A stretch of 53,065 bases of DNA, the filler included, from Squatina squatina (Eukaryota): assembly GCA_031763465.1 (NCBI GenBank). It is 3 parts of 2 records of this genome, joined end to end, with 100 filler letters (N's around TTAATTAATTAA, not from the genome) between each part and the next. Parts side by side here need not be neighbours in the genome. Positions count along the whole stretch, not along the records: positions 15,775 to 36,034 come from JARFOE010000192.1; positions 36,135 to 53,065 come from JARFOE010000115.1; 1 more part is not named here. One strand, given 5' to 3'. The notes under the pieces were generated by a model that was not told the DNA's origin, ran no database searches, and was given only the letters and a program-made list of their open reading frames with translations. This document shows, one piece after another, positions 26,063 to 40,715 of the stretch. Within the stretch, counting starts at the first letter, position 1. Every line of letters begins with the position of its first letter. The translations under genes were made by a program, and so were the position numbers.

Positions 26063-26306
26063 CTCCCCTGTTCTTCTTCAGAATAGTGCCATGGGATATT
26101 TTAGTTACATGGCAGATGAGAGATGGTTGGAGCCTCAGTTTAATGTCTCATGTGAAAGACAACACATCTGATCATGCAGCACTCCCTCAGCACTGCCCTG
26201 GAGTGTCAGCCTAGATTTTTGTGATCAAGTTTCTGGAGTGGGACTTGAACCCACAACCTTCTGACTCAGAGGCAAATGTGTTACCCACTGAGCCACAGCT
26301 GACACT
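26063..26306 (-). mobile_element. Deu-domain SINE (SacSINE1-like) 5' half
   Basis: Near-identical to 12240-12465 (GGACTTGAACCCACAACCTTCTGACTCAGAG...ACTGAGCCACAGCTGACACTG). Confidence 0.85.
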
Positions 26307-26329
26307 GTGAAGTTATGGTTAAAATTCCC

Positions 26330-26600
26330 ATCCAAACTCATTTGCATAATCACAAACATAAAATCAATCTCTCATCCTCTCCATCACAAAGACTGCCTAC
26401 CTCCACCTCTAACACCCCCTTCCACAACCTTAGCCTATCTGTCACTGAAACCCTCCTTCATGACTTTGTCACCTCTAGACACAACTATTCCAATGCTCTT
26501 CTGACCAGCTTCTCATCCCCCACCCTCCATAAACTTNNNNNNNNNNAGCTCTGCTGCCCATATCCTAGTTCATACCGTGTTCTGCTCACCCATCACTTGC
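26330..26600 (+). mobile_element. Degraded L2 LINE ORF2 fragment
   Basis: Translates TETLLHDFVTSRHNYSNALL (L2 motif AETLIHAFVTSRLDYSNALL); homologous to 33600-33690 minus. Confidence 0.75.
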
Positions 26601-28777
26601 ATAGATTCTAATGTATTTGACTTGATATTGCTTCACAAGGTGTCCATGATGTTGTTTGATATCACCTACATGTTGCTTAATATGAATTGTATTTGTTATA
26701 CCTTTTATTTTGTGTATGCAATTAAAGAACACAGTATTATTTTTAACAACTATGAGACTTTGAGTTGACTAAATTCCAAAGTCTATTCCTGATTTCTAGT
26801 CACAACTGATGACCTATAAACACTTAGACCATCTAGCAATTTACACAAATCGTATACAAATAATGTATCTTGCCAANNNNNNNNNNCTTATTCAAAATTC
26901 AATCATAGATGAACTCACAACATTGAAGAAATGTGTAGATTTTAAATAAATTACTGAATTAAATGATTGGTTGATTAACTGAGAACTTTAATATAGTTGG
27001 ACAAATGATTTATTATTTTCAGCACAAGTTACACCTATGGGAAACAATTAATGCAAATTGGTAATTGCTAAAAGTTTAGATCGGGTATGACCCATTAAAT
27101 AGAAGCAGCTGACTTAAGAATTATTGTAGATTCTAAACACCTTAATTTATGTAAACTACATTCTGGCAGTTTATGAAAGCCTTGTGTCTAATCCCAGTGG
27201 ACAACTTAAAATGAGCAAACGATGATGAGATGCCTGAATGCTGGCCATTGCACAAGTATAGATAAAATTTTTGGAAAGCAAATTATCCTGTCTTTTTCCC
27301 CTTTCCTTTTTGTGGGGACTAGGTGTACCGTGCCTCTTCTCTAGTTGAGGAGGTTGACAGGAAAGTTGCTCCTAGCCTTTGCTATTCTGCAACTGGCTTG
27401 TAGGAAATGGCTTGAGATAAGTCACCTCTAATTTCTCTCTCTGTCAGTGAGGAAATACAGAGACCCCAAGTAATGTGTCTGGGGCTGGGAATTCATTGTA
27501 TAGCATTCTGCCATTCTGGTGCACGGTGTTTGAGAATAATGCATTTTTACTGAAGGTAGAAGTTTATATTGTTAGGATGGATTGGTTGATTAATTAAAAG
27601 CTTCTGTCTTTTACTGTGACACAGAACTAGAGATAATATAATTTGAAGATAATAGTTAAAAAACAATTTGATTTAATTGAATATATATTAACATCGAACC
27701 ACTTTGCTTTTGAATAATTTTAGTGCACCAGGAGAGGGTGAAATGTATAAGGTACCTAATTTTGTGCAGACTTTGGAGAGCAGTGAGCCTGATTTTGTGG
27801 TTGGTGATGAGTTAATGGCGCTAGCCGCTCATTGCAGTTTCATGGTCCATAGACTTTATATGGGCTTTTGTACTTGTAGTTCCAGTCAAGCAACTATCAA
27901 AAAAGCACAGTGCCCTCTACAAAGCATTTGGAACCTGAACAGGGCAAGCAACTGTGTATCTCCTTAACCAGATTGAAGAATCATTCATGAGCAGTGCATA
28001 GTCTGAANNNNNNNNNNNNNNNNNNNNNNNNNNNNNNNNNNNNNNNNNNNNNNNNNNNNNNNNNNNNNNNNNNNNNNNNNNNNNNNNNNNNNNNNNNNNN
28101 NNNNNNNTATGTAAAAAATTAATGTGTTTTTCAGGCACAGTTTGTTAATCTGTGCAAGAGAGGAACTTTCAACAATGTTTTATTCACGCCAAAAGCTTTT
28201 ATTTACAGCCATCCATTGTTTTTCTTATCTTCTTTCTGAAGTACGGAAATTCAATTATATGTGAATATAATGAATTACAATTGAATCTAAGATTTATCTC
28301 TTTTGTTGAAACTGCTGGTTATTAATGTAAGTAATGTCACGTTATCACTGGAACTTGATGAATCTTTCAGTGTGATAGTGATGCTAGATGTATATGTCAA
28401 ATATCTTTTGTTGAAATTCACTAAATACAATGCAAGTAGTTACTCTTCTAAAAAGCTTTTCACACAAAGAAAAGTGATGCTTAAGAATGCATTGATTTTA
28501 AACTGTGATCAGTATGTGTCTATTATTTTTGTTTCTGTAAATGCAGCAAATTCATAAATGAGCATGCTTCAAGGATATATAAATAATTTAACAAGAAAAT
28601 GCATGCCAATCAAAGGATTACTTTAATAGAAATGGCTCATTTTACAATTTATTCTGTGCCAAGGTTGCCATGAGAGATCCTGAAAACAAATGTTGACTTT
28701 TATTATAACAATTTATTTCCATATATATTTCAGCAAACATACATCATGAACTGACATGCTTACTGAATAACCACACC

Positions 28778-28892
28778 CCAGTGGCTCAGCTGGTTATTGA
28801 GCTAATCAGACCAGGATGGTCCCAGGTTCACTCGCTGGTCGGTGTTGAGTCAAATGATTTCACCCTGGGTACTGATTGGAGTGCTGCAATTG
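28778..28892 (+). mobile_element. tRNA-headed SINE 5' fragment (family of 38385-38760)
   Basis: GTGGCTCAGCTGG (A-box)...GACCAGGATGGTCCCAGGTTCACTC (B-box-like). Confidence 0.5.
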
Positions 28893-28992
28893 NNNNNNNN
28901 NNNNNNNNNNNNNNNNNNNNNNNNNNNNNNNNNNNNNNNNNNNNNNNNNNNNNNNNNNNNNNNNNNNNNNNNNNNNNNNNNNNNNNNNNNNN

Positions 28993-29350
28993 TGAACACA
29001 AAATCTCAGTGCAGCACTGAGAGAGTGCTGCGTGTTAGAACTGCTATCCTTTGGATGAGGTGTTAAGCAAATGGTTATTATGCCTGTTTTAGCAATTCAG
29101 GTGGATTTTAAAGATTCTCAGCCAATATTCAAAGAACAAGTATTTTGTCCTATGTCCTAGCCAACAATCCTCCCTCAAATAACACAGCTCTTTCATCATA
29201 TTGCTTTGTGGGATCTTGCTGTATGACGAATGGTTGCTACGTTTGTCTACTTAATAATCACTGCACTTCAAAGTAATACATTATATCAGAAACACTTGGA
29301 GATATTTCTGAAACTTGTGATCAGGTCCTATATAAATGAAAGTCTTTTTG
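28993..29350 (+). mobile_element. Degraded Deu-domain SINE
   Basis: GTGCAGCACTGAGAGAGTGCTGC...CTTTGGATGAGGTGTTAA...GTGGATTTAAAGAT...TGTGGGATCTTGCTGT...CTATATAAATGAAAGTCTTT. Confidence 0.75.
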
Positions 29351-29465
29351 TAAATACTATTGTGAGTAAAATTATGTTATTGGCACAACAAATGGGACTG
29401 TGTACTAATATTCCTTACATTTGTTGAACAAAATCTCATCATTACCTCTTTTTTCATAATTATAG

Positions 29466-30335
<870 letters not shown>

Positions 30336-30740
30336 GGGTGACGTGATTAACGTCTGAGAAAGCGGTTATTGTAATTATGTTATTGTATTGAATTCTATAT
30401 CTTCGTCTTCATTTGTATGAATGGTTTGTACTGTATATAGTTTATCCAGTGTTATTTGAGCTACCTATGAACATTAACTTGTAACTGTCTCTCTCTTGCT
30501 TGTTTATGGTTTAAAGAACAAATGAAATGAAATGAAAAATAACCTTTTATTTGTGTAGCCGTTATAGCTTACAACAAACTCATGTACAAAAAAACAATTA
30601 TTAAGATTAATGTAACTGGTGAAGGAACAATTTAAGAGGTATACATATACCATATTACTCATCGTCTGTATTAAAGTATTTTATTTCTGAAAGATATGAT
30701 ATGTAAATAGGAATAAAATACTAAAAGATTTCAGTTTGAA
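30336..30740 (+). terminator. NXPH1: NXPH1 3' UTR with candidate polyadenylation signals (ATTAAA 30670-30675, AATAAA 30712-30717)
   Basis: AT-rich, TGTA-rich sequence after the TGA; hexamers read directly; actual site unknown. Confidence 0.45.
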
Positions 30741-32974
30741 ATGTGGATACACTCCAATTATGTCACATTAACAATTCTTGCACCTTTCCCANNNNNNNNN
30801 NNNNNNNNNNNNNNNNNNNNNNNNNNNNNNNNNNNNNNNNNNNNNNNNNNNNNNNNNNNNNNNNNNNNNNNNNNNNNNNNNNNNNNNNNNNATTGAAAAT
30901 GATAATCCTGACCAATTTCATTTCACAGATGACATTTCCATGGTCCCAGAAGCAAAGGAACCATCATGTTCTATTAAAGCCTTTAATCATGTATGTCCAA
31001 GTAAACCTTGTAACCTCCAATCCTATTTTTAACCAGATATTTATCCAGCTCTTTTTAAAGGTGTTAATTGATATATTATTAACTTTTGACAAGAATTTAT
31101 TCATTAGCTACTACTGTATCAGAAACAGATTGAATTTAATCCCTAGGCTGATTAGAAGTGTATTAATTTTGTACTCATATTGTCTAGTTTTGTGATCATA
31201 GTCTAAGTTAAATAATCTGCTTGCTGCCTCTCAGCATTTAAAAAACGCTGTGTCATATTCTCAGTCTTATTGTGGCTATTTTGAGCAGCTTCCCTCAAAA
31301 GACTTGAGACTTGATGTCCCAGAATCATCGATGTTGATCTTCAGTGAACCTTTACGATGCATCAATGTTCTTTTGAAGGTTGGCAATCTTGAATTACACT
31401 TAACATTTTAAATGTGGCCTTATAGTTATTCCGGGTTCGAGTAATCTGTTTTGACTTCTAATCAGGTGTCCTTAAGGCACATTGTAGTACCTGATTAGTC
31501 TTGTTGATTACAGCTTTGCATTAACTGGATATTTTCAGTTAACAATCAATAATCACAACTAGCTCCTNNNNNNNNNNNNNNNNNNNNNNNNNNNNNNNNN
31601 NNNNNNNNNNNNNNNNNNNNNNNNNNNNNNNNNNNNNNNNNNNNNNNNNNNNNNNNNNNNNNNNNNNAACAGCAACAAAATGACAGTCATTACTAGTCAG
31701 TTTTCCTGAAACAGATCACTAAGAATGATTCATGGCATTATTAGTATAGTGACAGTTTCATTACAAACCATTTATTTAATTATCAATACCATGTCCCTAT
31801 CTATAAAGAAAGCCATATGTTGTATTGACTTTACCTGCAAGTAATATTACTGGGCACCATTTCAGTACACCACTGAATTCTGAGTAGGGTTTGTTATATC
31901 CTACTACTTGACACTTAGCATACAAGTTTATTAAAGGCAATTTTTCATAAGCAAATAATGTAGAACTATTTAAACCCAACAGTAAAATAATGAGAGAAAT
32001 TAAATGTAAAATGTGACAGTTAAATGTAATCGATGGAATACAGTTTGTTTCATTGCCCCAGGGAAGTGAAATGCTGCATATATTTGAAAATCTTGCTCAT
32101 AGTCAAGCTATTGGACATCCTAGTAGGTATGTAGAAATATTCATTGATGTACATGACATTCACACATTAGCCGGAATTTTGCTGGTGTTCAGAGGGCGGG
32201 TTTGGAGGCAGGCCCACTGTCAAAATGGCCCTGATTGACTGCGGGTCGGGATCCTGCTCCGAACCAGANNNNNNNNNNNNNNNNNNNNNNNNNNNNNNNN
32301 NNNNNNNNNNNNNNNNNNNNNNNNNNNNNNNNNNNNNNNNNNNNNNNNNNNNNNNNNNNNNNNNNNNNAGATATGGAGTTGGGAATATTAAAAAATGACT
32401 TGTCAAAGGAGTCAGCAAAAATCATTTGAAAAGTGCGACCATAGTCCTGAAAAGGTTAATACAGCTACTAGCAGTTTTGTGTCGACTGGCAATGGATCAA
32501 TCAGGCAAGCGTAGCATATTAAAAGGATTATAGATTAGTAATTAGATGAGCTCTTCGTGAAGGACAGAAAATTTCCCCAAGCACTGCCAAAGGTTAACAG
32601 AGATGGAATGTCAATTTTCAAGTTTATAATCCAGTGAAGGGTGGAAAAGTCAGAGGATTTTCAATATAAGATTGAATCTAAATAAAGCTTTTGGATTGGA
32701 AGATGGACAGTAACCTATCTCGACTGTTAGAAATTAGTAGCAATGAGGTATGAAATCTACAAACCAAAACCACTGCATATTTTTTAATGGCGTTTGCATA
32801 AATTGTATTCCTATTGCAGGGCTAAATAAATGGAATTAAATGATCTCAATCTATAGTACATTCTCTAATTATACNNNNNNNNNNNNNNNNNNNNNNNNNN
32901 NNNNNNNNNNNNNNNNNNNNNNNNNNNNNNNNNNNNNNNNNNNNNNNNNNNNNNNNNNNNNNNNNNNNNNNNNN

Positions 32975-33020
32975 TAGAACAGGCTTGAGGGGCTGAATGG
33001 CCTACTCAAGTTCCCATGTT
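32975..33020 (+). mobile_element. CR1 LINE extreme 3' end
   Basis: GAACAGGCTTGAGGGGCTGAATGGCCTACTC, homologous to 49370-49405. Confidence 0.7.
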
Positions 33021-33119
33021 CATTGAACAAGATGGCTGTGATTGGATGGAACTATTATCACAGCACAGGATTGGCAAGGCAATTGGAATTTATTTGCAAG
33101 ATCTTGAAAACAACACCAA

Positions 33120-33695
33120 CAATTTGCATTTGCATTTATATAGTGCCTTTAATGTAGTAAAACATCCCAAGGTGCTTCACAGGCAAGAAAAAACAAAAGT
33201 TGACACCCAGTCACAAATTAGGGCATTGTTCAAAGAGGTAGGTTCTAAGGAGCATCCTAAAGGACAAAAAATAGGTAGAGAGGCGGAGAGGTTTAGGGAG
33301 GGAAGTCCAGAACTTAGGGCCTTGGCAGCTGAAGGCACAGCTGCCAATGGTGCAGCAATGAAAATCAATGATGCACCAGAGGGCAGAATTGGCAGAGCGC
33401 AGAGCTCTCGGGGCATTGTAGAGCTGGGGTAGATTACAGTGATGGGGAGGGGCGAGGCTATGGGGGGATTTGAAAACACTGATGAGAAGTTTAAACTTGA
33501 GGTGCTGCTTAACTGGGAGCCAATGTAGGCCAGAGAGCACAGGGGGGGGATGGGCAAATATGACTTGGTGCGAGTTAAGACATGGGCTGGTGAGTTTGGA
33601 ATGACCTCAAGTTTACAAAGGGTAGAACGTGACAGAGTGGTGAGGATTGCATTTGAATAGTCAAGTCTGGAGGTAACAAAGGCCTGGAAAGCTGT
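33120..33695 (-). mobile_element. L2 LINE 3' portion (ORF2 C-terminus + 3' UTR), frameshifted
   Basis: ORF track: FQAFVTSRLDYSNAIL...AHVLTRTK and LSGLHWLPVKQHLKFKLLISVFKS...FSCQGPKFWTSLP, typical L2 ORF2 motifs; tail CTATATAAATGCAA. Confidence 0.88.
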
Positions 33696-36034
33696 TGATA
33701 ATGCAGTACACAGAAGTAATTGCTGCTTTATAATAATCCTGATTCCCATGCTATATATAGGAGAGGATATTCTTTCAGACATGCCCATGCATCCCTGGCA
33801 ATGATTTCAACATGAACAATATTTGACAGACCACTTTCTTGTTGAAGTCTGCTGATGTAGAGTACACGGCAAGGAGGTGGAAATGACTTCCCACACACCC
33901 TTATTGTGCGAATTGCAGCTGCTATCACAGCGAAACAGACAGAGCTGTGAGCATCTGCAGGGGCTTAGTGCCCACATGACTGGAACACATGACTGATTGA
34001 AGTTCAGTGCATTGTAATGGGGAATTTTGCAAAAGTGCAGTTATTAAACTCAGCAGGGGAGATAATCTGAAATGGGATCTTCATCAATCAGATTAACTAC
34101 TTTCAGAGATGAAGCCAGATGAGACACAGTGTNNNNNNNNNNNNNNNNNNNNNNNNNNNNNNNNNNNNNNNNNNNNNNNNNNNNNNNNNNNNNNNNNNNN
34201 NNNNNNNNNNNNNNNNNNNNNNNNNNNNNNNNNNNNNNNNNNNNNNNNNNNNNNNNNAAGTGGCAGGAGATAAGGTTGAGGCAAAAATGCAAGGCAGCTA
34301 TTTGGGTAATGAGATCCAGAGTGTGACAGGAAGGAACAGCGTGTTTGAGCAAAGAAGAGTAACAGCAAATAGGGCCAGTGCAAGGAAAGGAATTAAATGA
34401 AAATAATTTAATTGTAGATTAACAGCAGTGCGCTGTCTTAAAATATTTCAATAAAGATTTGTTGAAACATTTCAGAATATAAGTAATTCTTCATGCTATT
34501 CTGACAAGCCATACCAGTAACAAAGAAAAATACAACTGAGAATAGTCTCATTAAGAGAAAGGATTTGTGCTTGCCACTGAAAATAAAATTAATTGTGAGG
34601 GACCTTTGAGCCTTTTTATTAGTTCTTTTTCCATGAGCCACCTGCACTCCAGTTTAATGTTAGCTTTATCTGAGAAAGGACAGACATGAGTCTATCTAAT
34701 ATTGAATTCATGAACAATACAGAATTGTAATCATATTGATCTGCAACACATGTATGATGTCGATTCTCCACTGACTTCAAATATACACAGTAGCTTCTGG
34801 ATTACATTGGATTACCACACTTCTGATAACCTCTTTTTTCAGTGAGAAATTCATTTTTAACCTTGAATTCAAAGAGAACTAATCATTTGAACCCAAACCT
34901 TTGTTCTGGTTTGATATACTTATATTGATCAAATTTGGATTAGAATGGTTCCTACACCCAGTTTGCTACAGGCTCCTCTGTTGCCTCAGCTTTTTCAATA
35001 GTTTATTCCTCTTGTAGGCTATGAATAGTTAAGTGGGCTGCATAACTTAAAAAAATCTTTCCTGACTGAAGCTGCCAGTTCTGCAGATCCACTGGTACCT
35101 AATATGATGATTACAGCACAGTCTGGTATAATAATTATTTATCTATTTTGAACAGTGTGAAAGATGTAATTGTAGATTGTATTTCAAAAACTAACAAATT
35201 ATATTGATACGCAATATTCTTAAACAGAGTTATTATAAATATTATGGAAATCTCTATAATTGATTCGTTTTGGTGGATATGTCCTATGTGTTTACAGCTG
35301 TCATTGTCTTTCTATAGTATAAGATATTATTGGCCGAGAATACAGCCCCTTGAAAGAGATTGCTGTCTGATGGCTTTCAACACCAGCTTACACATATTCC
35401 CTTGTTCCTGAAAAGGTAGGTAAATGTAGGACAATCTGCAATAAATCATAACTGAACTTTAGACAGCAGTAATAGGTTATTGACCTGTGAGTGTGTATCT
35501 GTATGGGGGAGGGGATGAAATGGGCATCCCTTTACATTTATCAATATTTACTGTGGCTGTTACTTACTGAGTGTAATCTTAACTAATTTAAAAACAAACC
35601 TCAAGACTTCCTTGATTTAACTTCAAAACCAATTAAGTTTTATTCAAATACACAGTGAAACAGATTGCCTGAAAAATTAGAAAATTTCAGCCTTTTGGAG
35701 TTTCTGGGTAATTATCATTTAAGAAAGAATTGTATTTATATAGTGCCGTTCCTGAACTCAGAATGCCCCAAAGCGCTTAAAAGCCAATGAATAGAGTGGT
35801 ATAAGGACTTGCAGGTAGCATACCATGACAATGATGTACTAGTGCTACAGACTTCAGCATCTGATTTCTGAATCTGTAACAGTAGTCCTGGTGATAATTC
35901 TGACTGCTGTTCTTTGTCCTGGCTTGGAAGCTGCCTTACATAAGTACAGCTGGTTTTCAGACCATCAATAAACAACATACAATACAACTGAATATATAAT
36001 TGCTGAAATTCTCTACCACAGAGATAATAATCTA

Positions 36035-36134
36035 NNNNNNNNNNNNNNNNNNNNNNNNNNNNNNNNNNNNNNNNNNNNTTAATTAATTAANNNNNNNNNN
36101 NNNNNNNNNNNNNNNNNNNNNNNNNNNNNNNNNN
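36035..36134. other. Artificial scaffold spacer (44 N + TTAATTAATTAA + 44 N)
   Basis: Same structure as 15675-15774. Confidence 0.97.
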
Positions 36135-36879
36135 TTTCACACACATACCCTGCCATTCCCTCATTAACTTCTCAAGGACCAATGCAACAATTCCCAAACA
36201 CAACCGGGTTACAATGTCCTCTTCTGCTTCTTTTAAAAAATGTTCTTACTTTTACTTTCTGTCTCTCTTTTTCCCGCTCTCGCTCGCTTAATTCTCTTTC
36301 TTTACCTCTCTTTCTGTACCTAATTTGATTCTCATTCACCCCACTTGCTTCTCCGTCATTAGCTCTGTTTCTTTCTCTATCCTTAAATCTCATTAGTTAA
36401 GGAGATAGACCATGGGCACGACGTTCATGATGTCCCAGATGCAACATTGTCATCGCTGCGCCATTATCAACTTGCATGTGCAGCAATTTACGGTTCAAAT
36501 ATAGTGCGATCGAAGGAAGAGGAAAAAAGGTCCAATTAACACCGCTCGCCGCGAGATTCGACATTCCAACAATTTCTCGGCCAATACCTTTAGGTGCTAC
36601 ATAATTATCAACATTTTCCTGAAGCAAAAAGGAGAGCTTGTTTAACCCCAAATTTCATTAGGGAATGGTTAGCTAAATGCCAGTAGATTTCATAGGACTC
36701 CATTGAAAGACCATGGAACTTGTTGGCATGGTTTTAGGACATACCTCCTTAACCTTCAGGAATTCTTAGGGAATGTGGGCTATCCAGTAAATATAGATTT
36801 AACATGGATATTCTGCTTGAAGTCCTGCATCTGAAATTTTGGAAGAAGATAAAAATAGAAGCAACTCATGACAAATGAT

Positions 36880-37495
36880 CTCGTTGGAATGAAAAATTGG
36901 CGTGGCAACTGAAAGTAGACAGTGATGATGAATGGGTGGTGCCAGGATTGGTGGAATTTCACAAGGTTCTGTTCTGGATTCCCCGTTGCTACACAATGCA
37001 TAAATGATACAGAGAAAGGCAGTCTCATATTAGCATCACATTTCTCTGATGATACCAAGCTACGTGGCTTGGCAATTGCTGCAGAGGAAATCGATTGAAT
37101 TAAAAATGAATCTGGAAAAATTAAATGGATGCGCTGTGGAACGGCAGCTGCAATTTCATGCGGTAAATGCAAGATAGGAGGAAACATGAAATGTGTGCAA
37201 AACAGATGGAGACATAAATAAAGGAAGGTTAGAGATTTGGTTATAGTTATTGATTATTTACTGTAATATGAGGTTACTTCTAACAATGCTAATCAACTAT
37301 TGGGACATGCCTCAATGACCTTTGACAATTGGGATCAGGCCATGTTAACCCTATATAATACATTCCTGATGCCATATTTAAAACATCATCTAGAGTCTTG
37401 CACATGACTTTAAAATTACATTTATGCTTTCGAGTGGGTTCAGAGAAAAGTGCTAAGGATAATCACAAGGCTTATGATGAGAGGCTGACATTTCT
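36880..37495 (+). mobile_element. Highly degraded CR1 LINE reverse-transcriptase fragment
   Basis: CAAGGTTCTGTTCTGGA (QGSVL), TTCTCTGATGATACCAAGCTA (FSDDTKL, from FADDTKL), TGGCAG/TTTCATGCGGTAAATGCAAG-like and GTTCAGAGAAAAGTGCTAAGGATAAT remnants. Confidence 0.7.
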
Positions 37496-38384
37496 ATTGG
37501 GGGTGGGGAGGGAGAGATGAATAATTTGATTTTTTACTTAATAACCTTTAGGCATCAGTGAGGGTGTATTTATAACTTTTCAACAGTACATTATTTATAC
37601 AGATGTCCTTTTTTGGATATCAATGTATATCTGGAAGTCTGAATTTAGTACTATTGTACATCACAGACTTACTGATTCCCACAGTTTTTGTCTTTGCAGC
37701 TATTTCCATCTGGGGCACATCAAGCATTCATTAACATATTATCAATTCTCTAACCCAAGGTTCTGTAGTAATGAAGTTGTATGCACAGCTGAAGCCTATA
37801 TCTAAATCTAATTAACACATTATTTTGAAATCAACAAGGATTACCTAATTGGGATTGTGAAAGAAGATTTTGTCTGTATAACTAATACCCGCTCATAACC
37901 TTGTCACACCACAATGAACACCTCACATTAATACCTTACCCTGTCCTTCCTTTCCATACTTAATACGCATTCCTTNNNNNNNNNNNNNNNNNNNNNNNNN
38001 NNNNNNNNNNNNNNNNNNNNNNNNNNNNNNNNNNNNNNNNNNNNNNNNNNNNNNNNNNNNNNNNNNNNNNNNNNNATCTTCATGGTCTGTTGCCTCATTA
38101 CTTCAACCCACCAGGCTCTCAACTTTACCTTGCACCCTGTCACACTGAGAAATCCACGGCACATAACAATTCTAAATCTGTAACACACTGAGGCTACCAA
38201 ATTACTGAAGCAGCTTTTGGTGTCCAAAAATGGTGACCAATTACTCGAATTACGAAACCAAATTTGAAAACTGGAGAGTAAAACGATGGAAAGCTCAAAA
38301 CTCCAAAATTCAACTGTAAATGATAGAAAATGCTAACAACCCTCATCCTGTTGGTTCTCATCCTGATCATTAAAAGTTCAAGTA

Positions 38385-38760
38385 TGGCCTCGCCCAATGC
38401 CTCAGCGGATAAAGGCAACGCCTGGTGTGGTGCTCAGGCACACACACCAGGAAAGTCCCAGTTCTGATCAGTGGTCTGTGTTAATTTAGCCAATCTGAGC
38501 GTTAGAAGGGCCTTGATGTTTCACAAAGGCTAAGGCAGGAGGAAAGAAAATAGTCAGCCAGGCTCCTGCTTTTAAGCAGTTCCGAGTGTCCCCTGCTGGA
38601 AGTGTGTTTGCGCTGTCAGTCAGGACAGGATTGAGTTCAGCTGTGATGGCCCCTCAGCCAAACAGCCCGCTGACACACTGAGAGGGGCCATTTGGGTTAA
38701 TACTGCAGGGCTACTGCTGCCCATAGCACCGACAGGAGGTGCTACCTTCAAGAGAGGATG
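38385..38760 (+). mobile_element. Old tRNA-headed SINE-like repeat
   Basis: Homologous segments at 1555-1845, 28778-28892 and (inverted) 50913-51010. Confidence 0.55.
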
Positions 38761-40618
38761 GTTAAAATAAAAGAGTGTAGTGCGATACGCACACGGTGAG
38801 GATCAGCAGAGATCCTAAAACCCATTAAGCAGCAGGCTAATCCTGTGGGGATAAGAAGGTATAGTGGAACACTCTAGGGTTAATCACAGTGGTCCTGTGA
38901 TGCTTTTAAAATACCTATTCGCAAGTGCATTTCAGTGGATCTTAGAGAAACCAGTCATCAAATCAAGCAACATCATGACAATCTAAGCTCCGAGCTGAAA
39001 TTAATACAATGCACTTTGTACAGCTGGTGCCCTTATTTAAAGATGCCACTGGGACCTTGTGCATTCTTATTAGGTTACTCTGAAGATCTCATGTGATTGC
39101 ATCACTGAAAGGCCTAGAGTTCTAATCTTCTGTATAATCGGTTGGACGGACTGCTGGGACACTAATTCTCAGTCCATTAAAATAGAATGCCTTTGATTTC
39201 CTGTAGTGCATNNNNNNNNNNNNNNNNNNNNNNNNNNNNNNNNNNNNNNNNNNNNNNNNNNNNNNNNNNNNNNNNNNNNNNNNNNNNNNNNNNNNNNNNN
39301 NNNNNNNNNNNAATTCCCAGTGAAACGGATTTAATAGCCTAAATGGGGCTTCTTCCACCACTAAAAACACGCAGCGAGGCAAAATATCCATTGGACAAAC
39401 TTCAGCCCGAGGTTACAGAGCGACTGCTGTTAAATGTAAAAGGAACCAAACTTTACTGACTGCCAATAGAGAAAGAGAAAATCATTGATAGTAATTAAGA
39501 ATCAAGCAACCATGAAGACAGCCCTACAGAATATTGCGGTGTAAATACCCGTGTNNNNNNNNNNAAACATTTCGGAGCAGATGTTTAAGAACACTAATCA
39601 CTCAGATTAAAGACAACAAAAATCTGATTAGCACGAGAGATAATTGCAGGCATTACCCTCCCTCCCCAACTCCCCCATTTGAAATTCTGGAGGATAAGAT
39701 TAGGAGGTGTACAGTATTTGCTTTTAGACATGTCAATCATAATTTCATGATCAAGCCCATTGAGCTTTTGGTGCAGTTTGCTCAGGCAAGATAATGGCTT
39801 AAAGAAGCTAAACGCATTTTTCTTAATGTAAGTTTAATATATTCTCAGTCATCTGTTGGATTGTTTANNNNNNNNNNNNNNNNNNNNNNNNNNNNNNNNN
39901 NNNNNNNNNNNNNNNNNNNNNNNNNNNNNNNNNNNNNNNNNNNNNNNNNNNNNNNNNNNNNNNNNNNCTGGTTTTGGACTTTAATCACATACATCATTTT
40001 AATTGTCAGCATTCGGGGGTCATCTCTCCTCTGCGGTTAGAGAAAGCCAATTAATATTGAGGATGTTTCTGCTTCCTATTGTAGGCTCGTGGCAGGTTTC
40101 AGCCAGAAGGTATTAGCCTGCTGGATGACAGGCCAGTAAGCGGCTGGGTTGCATGGAATGTGAAATGGGAGCAACTTGATGTTAAAAATACATTCTCCCC
40201 TTTCCTAAATGAATAGCTCTCAGTAAATGTACCTGACAATCCATGAAAAACTTTTAAATATTCATACGACGTTCAAAAAATTAAGAGGCACCACCAGCCA
40301 CACAAAGAAATTAGACATGGTATAAAAGCAGGGAAGAACATGATTCTTTGTGGTCTAAGTCACTGGAGGGGAGTTTTTTCCACATGCTGGATGTAGTAAA
40401 ATTGTTAACAGCCCAGAATTTGCTGCGCCTGGTAAGTTCGACATTTTCCTGCACCCTACAGCTCAAAATGCTTTTGCCCTGCAAGTGGCTGAAAGTGCGA
40501 GCTGATAATGGCGCAGCGNNNNNNNNNNNNNNNNNNNNNNNNNNNNNNNNNNNNNNNNNNNNNNNNNNNNNNNNNNNNNNNNNNNNNNNNNNNNNNNNNN
40601 NNNNNNNNNNNNNNNNNN

Positions 40619-40715
40619 CCATGGCACTTATGTGGCTGGTCCAGTTGAGTTTCAGGTTCGTGGTAACTACCAGGAGGCTGATAGTGGGGGACTCGGCATT
40701 GGTAATGTGCATGTA
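40619..40715 (-). mobile_element. LINE ORF2 fragment (post-RT region)
   Basis: Minus translation AESPTISLLVVTTNLKLNWTSHISAM resembles the LINE motif LGVTID.KL.W..HI. Confidence 0.65.

Noticed and set aside
33016-33788. 138-aa and 203-aa ORFs as host genes
   Set aside because: Sense and antisense readings of a frameshifted L2 element.
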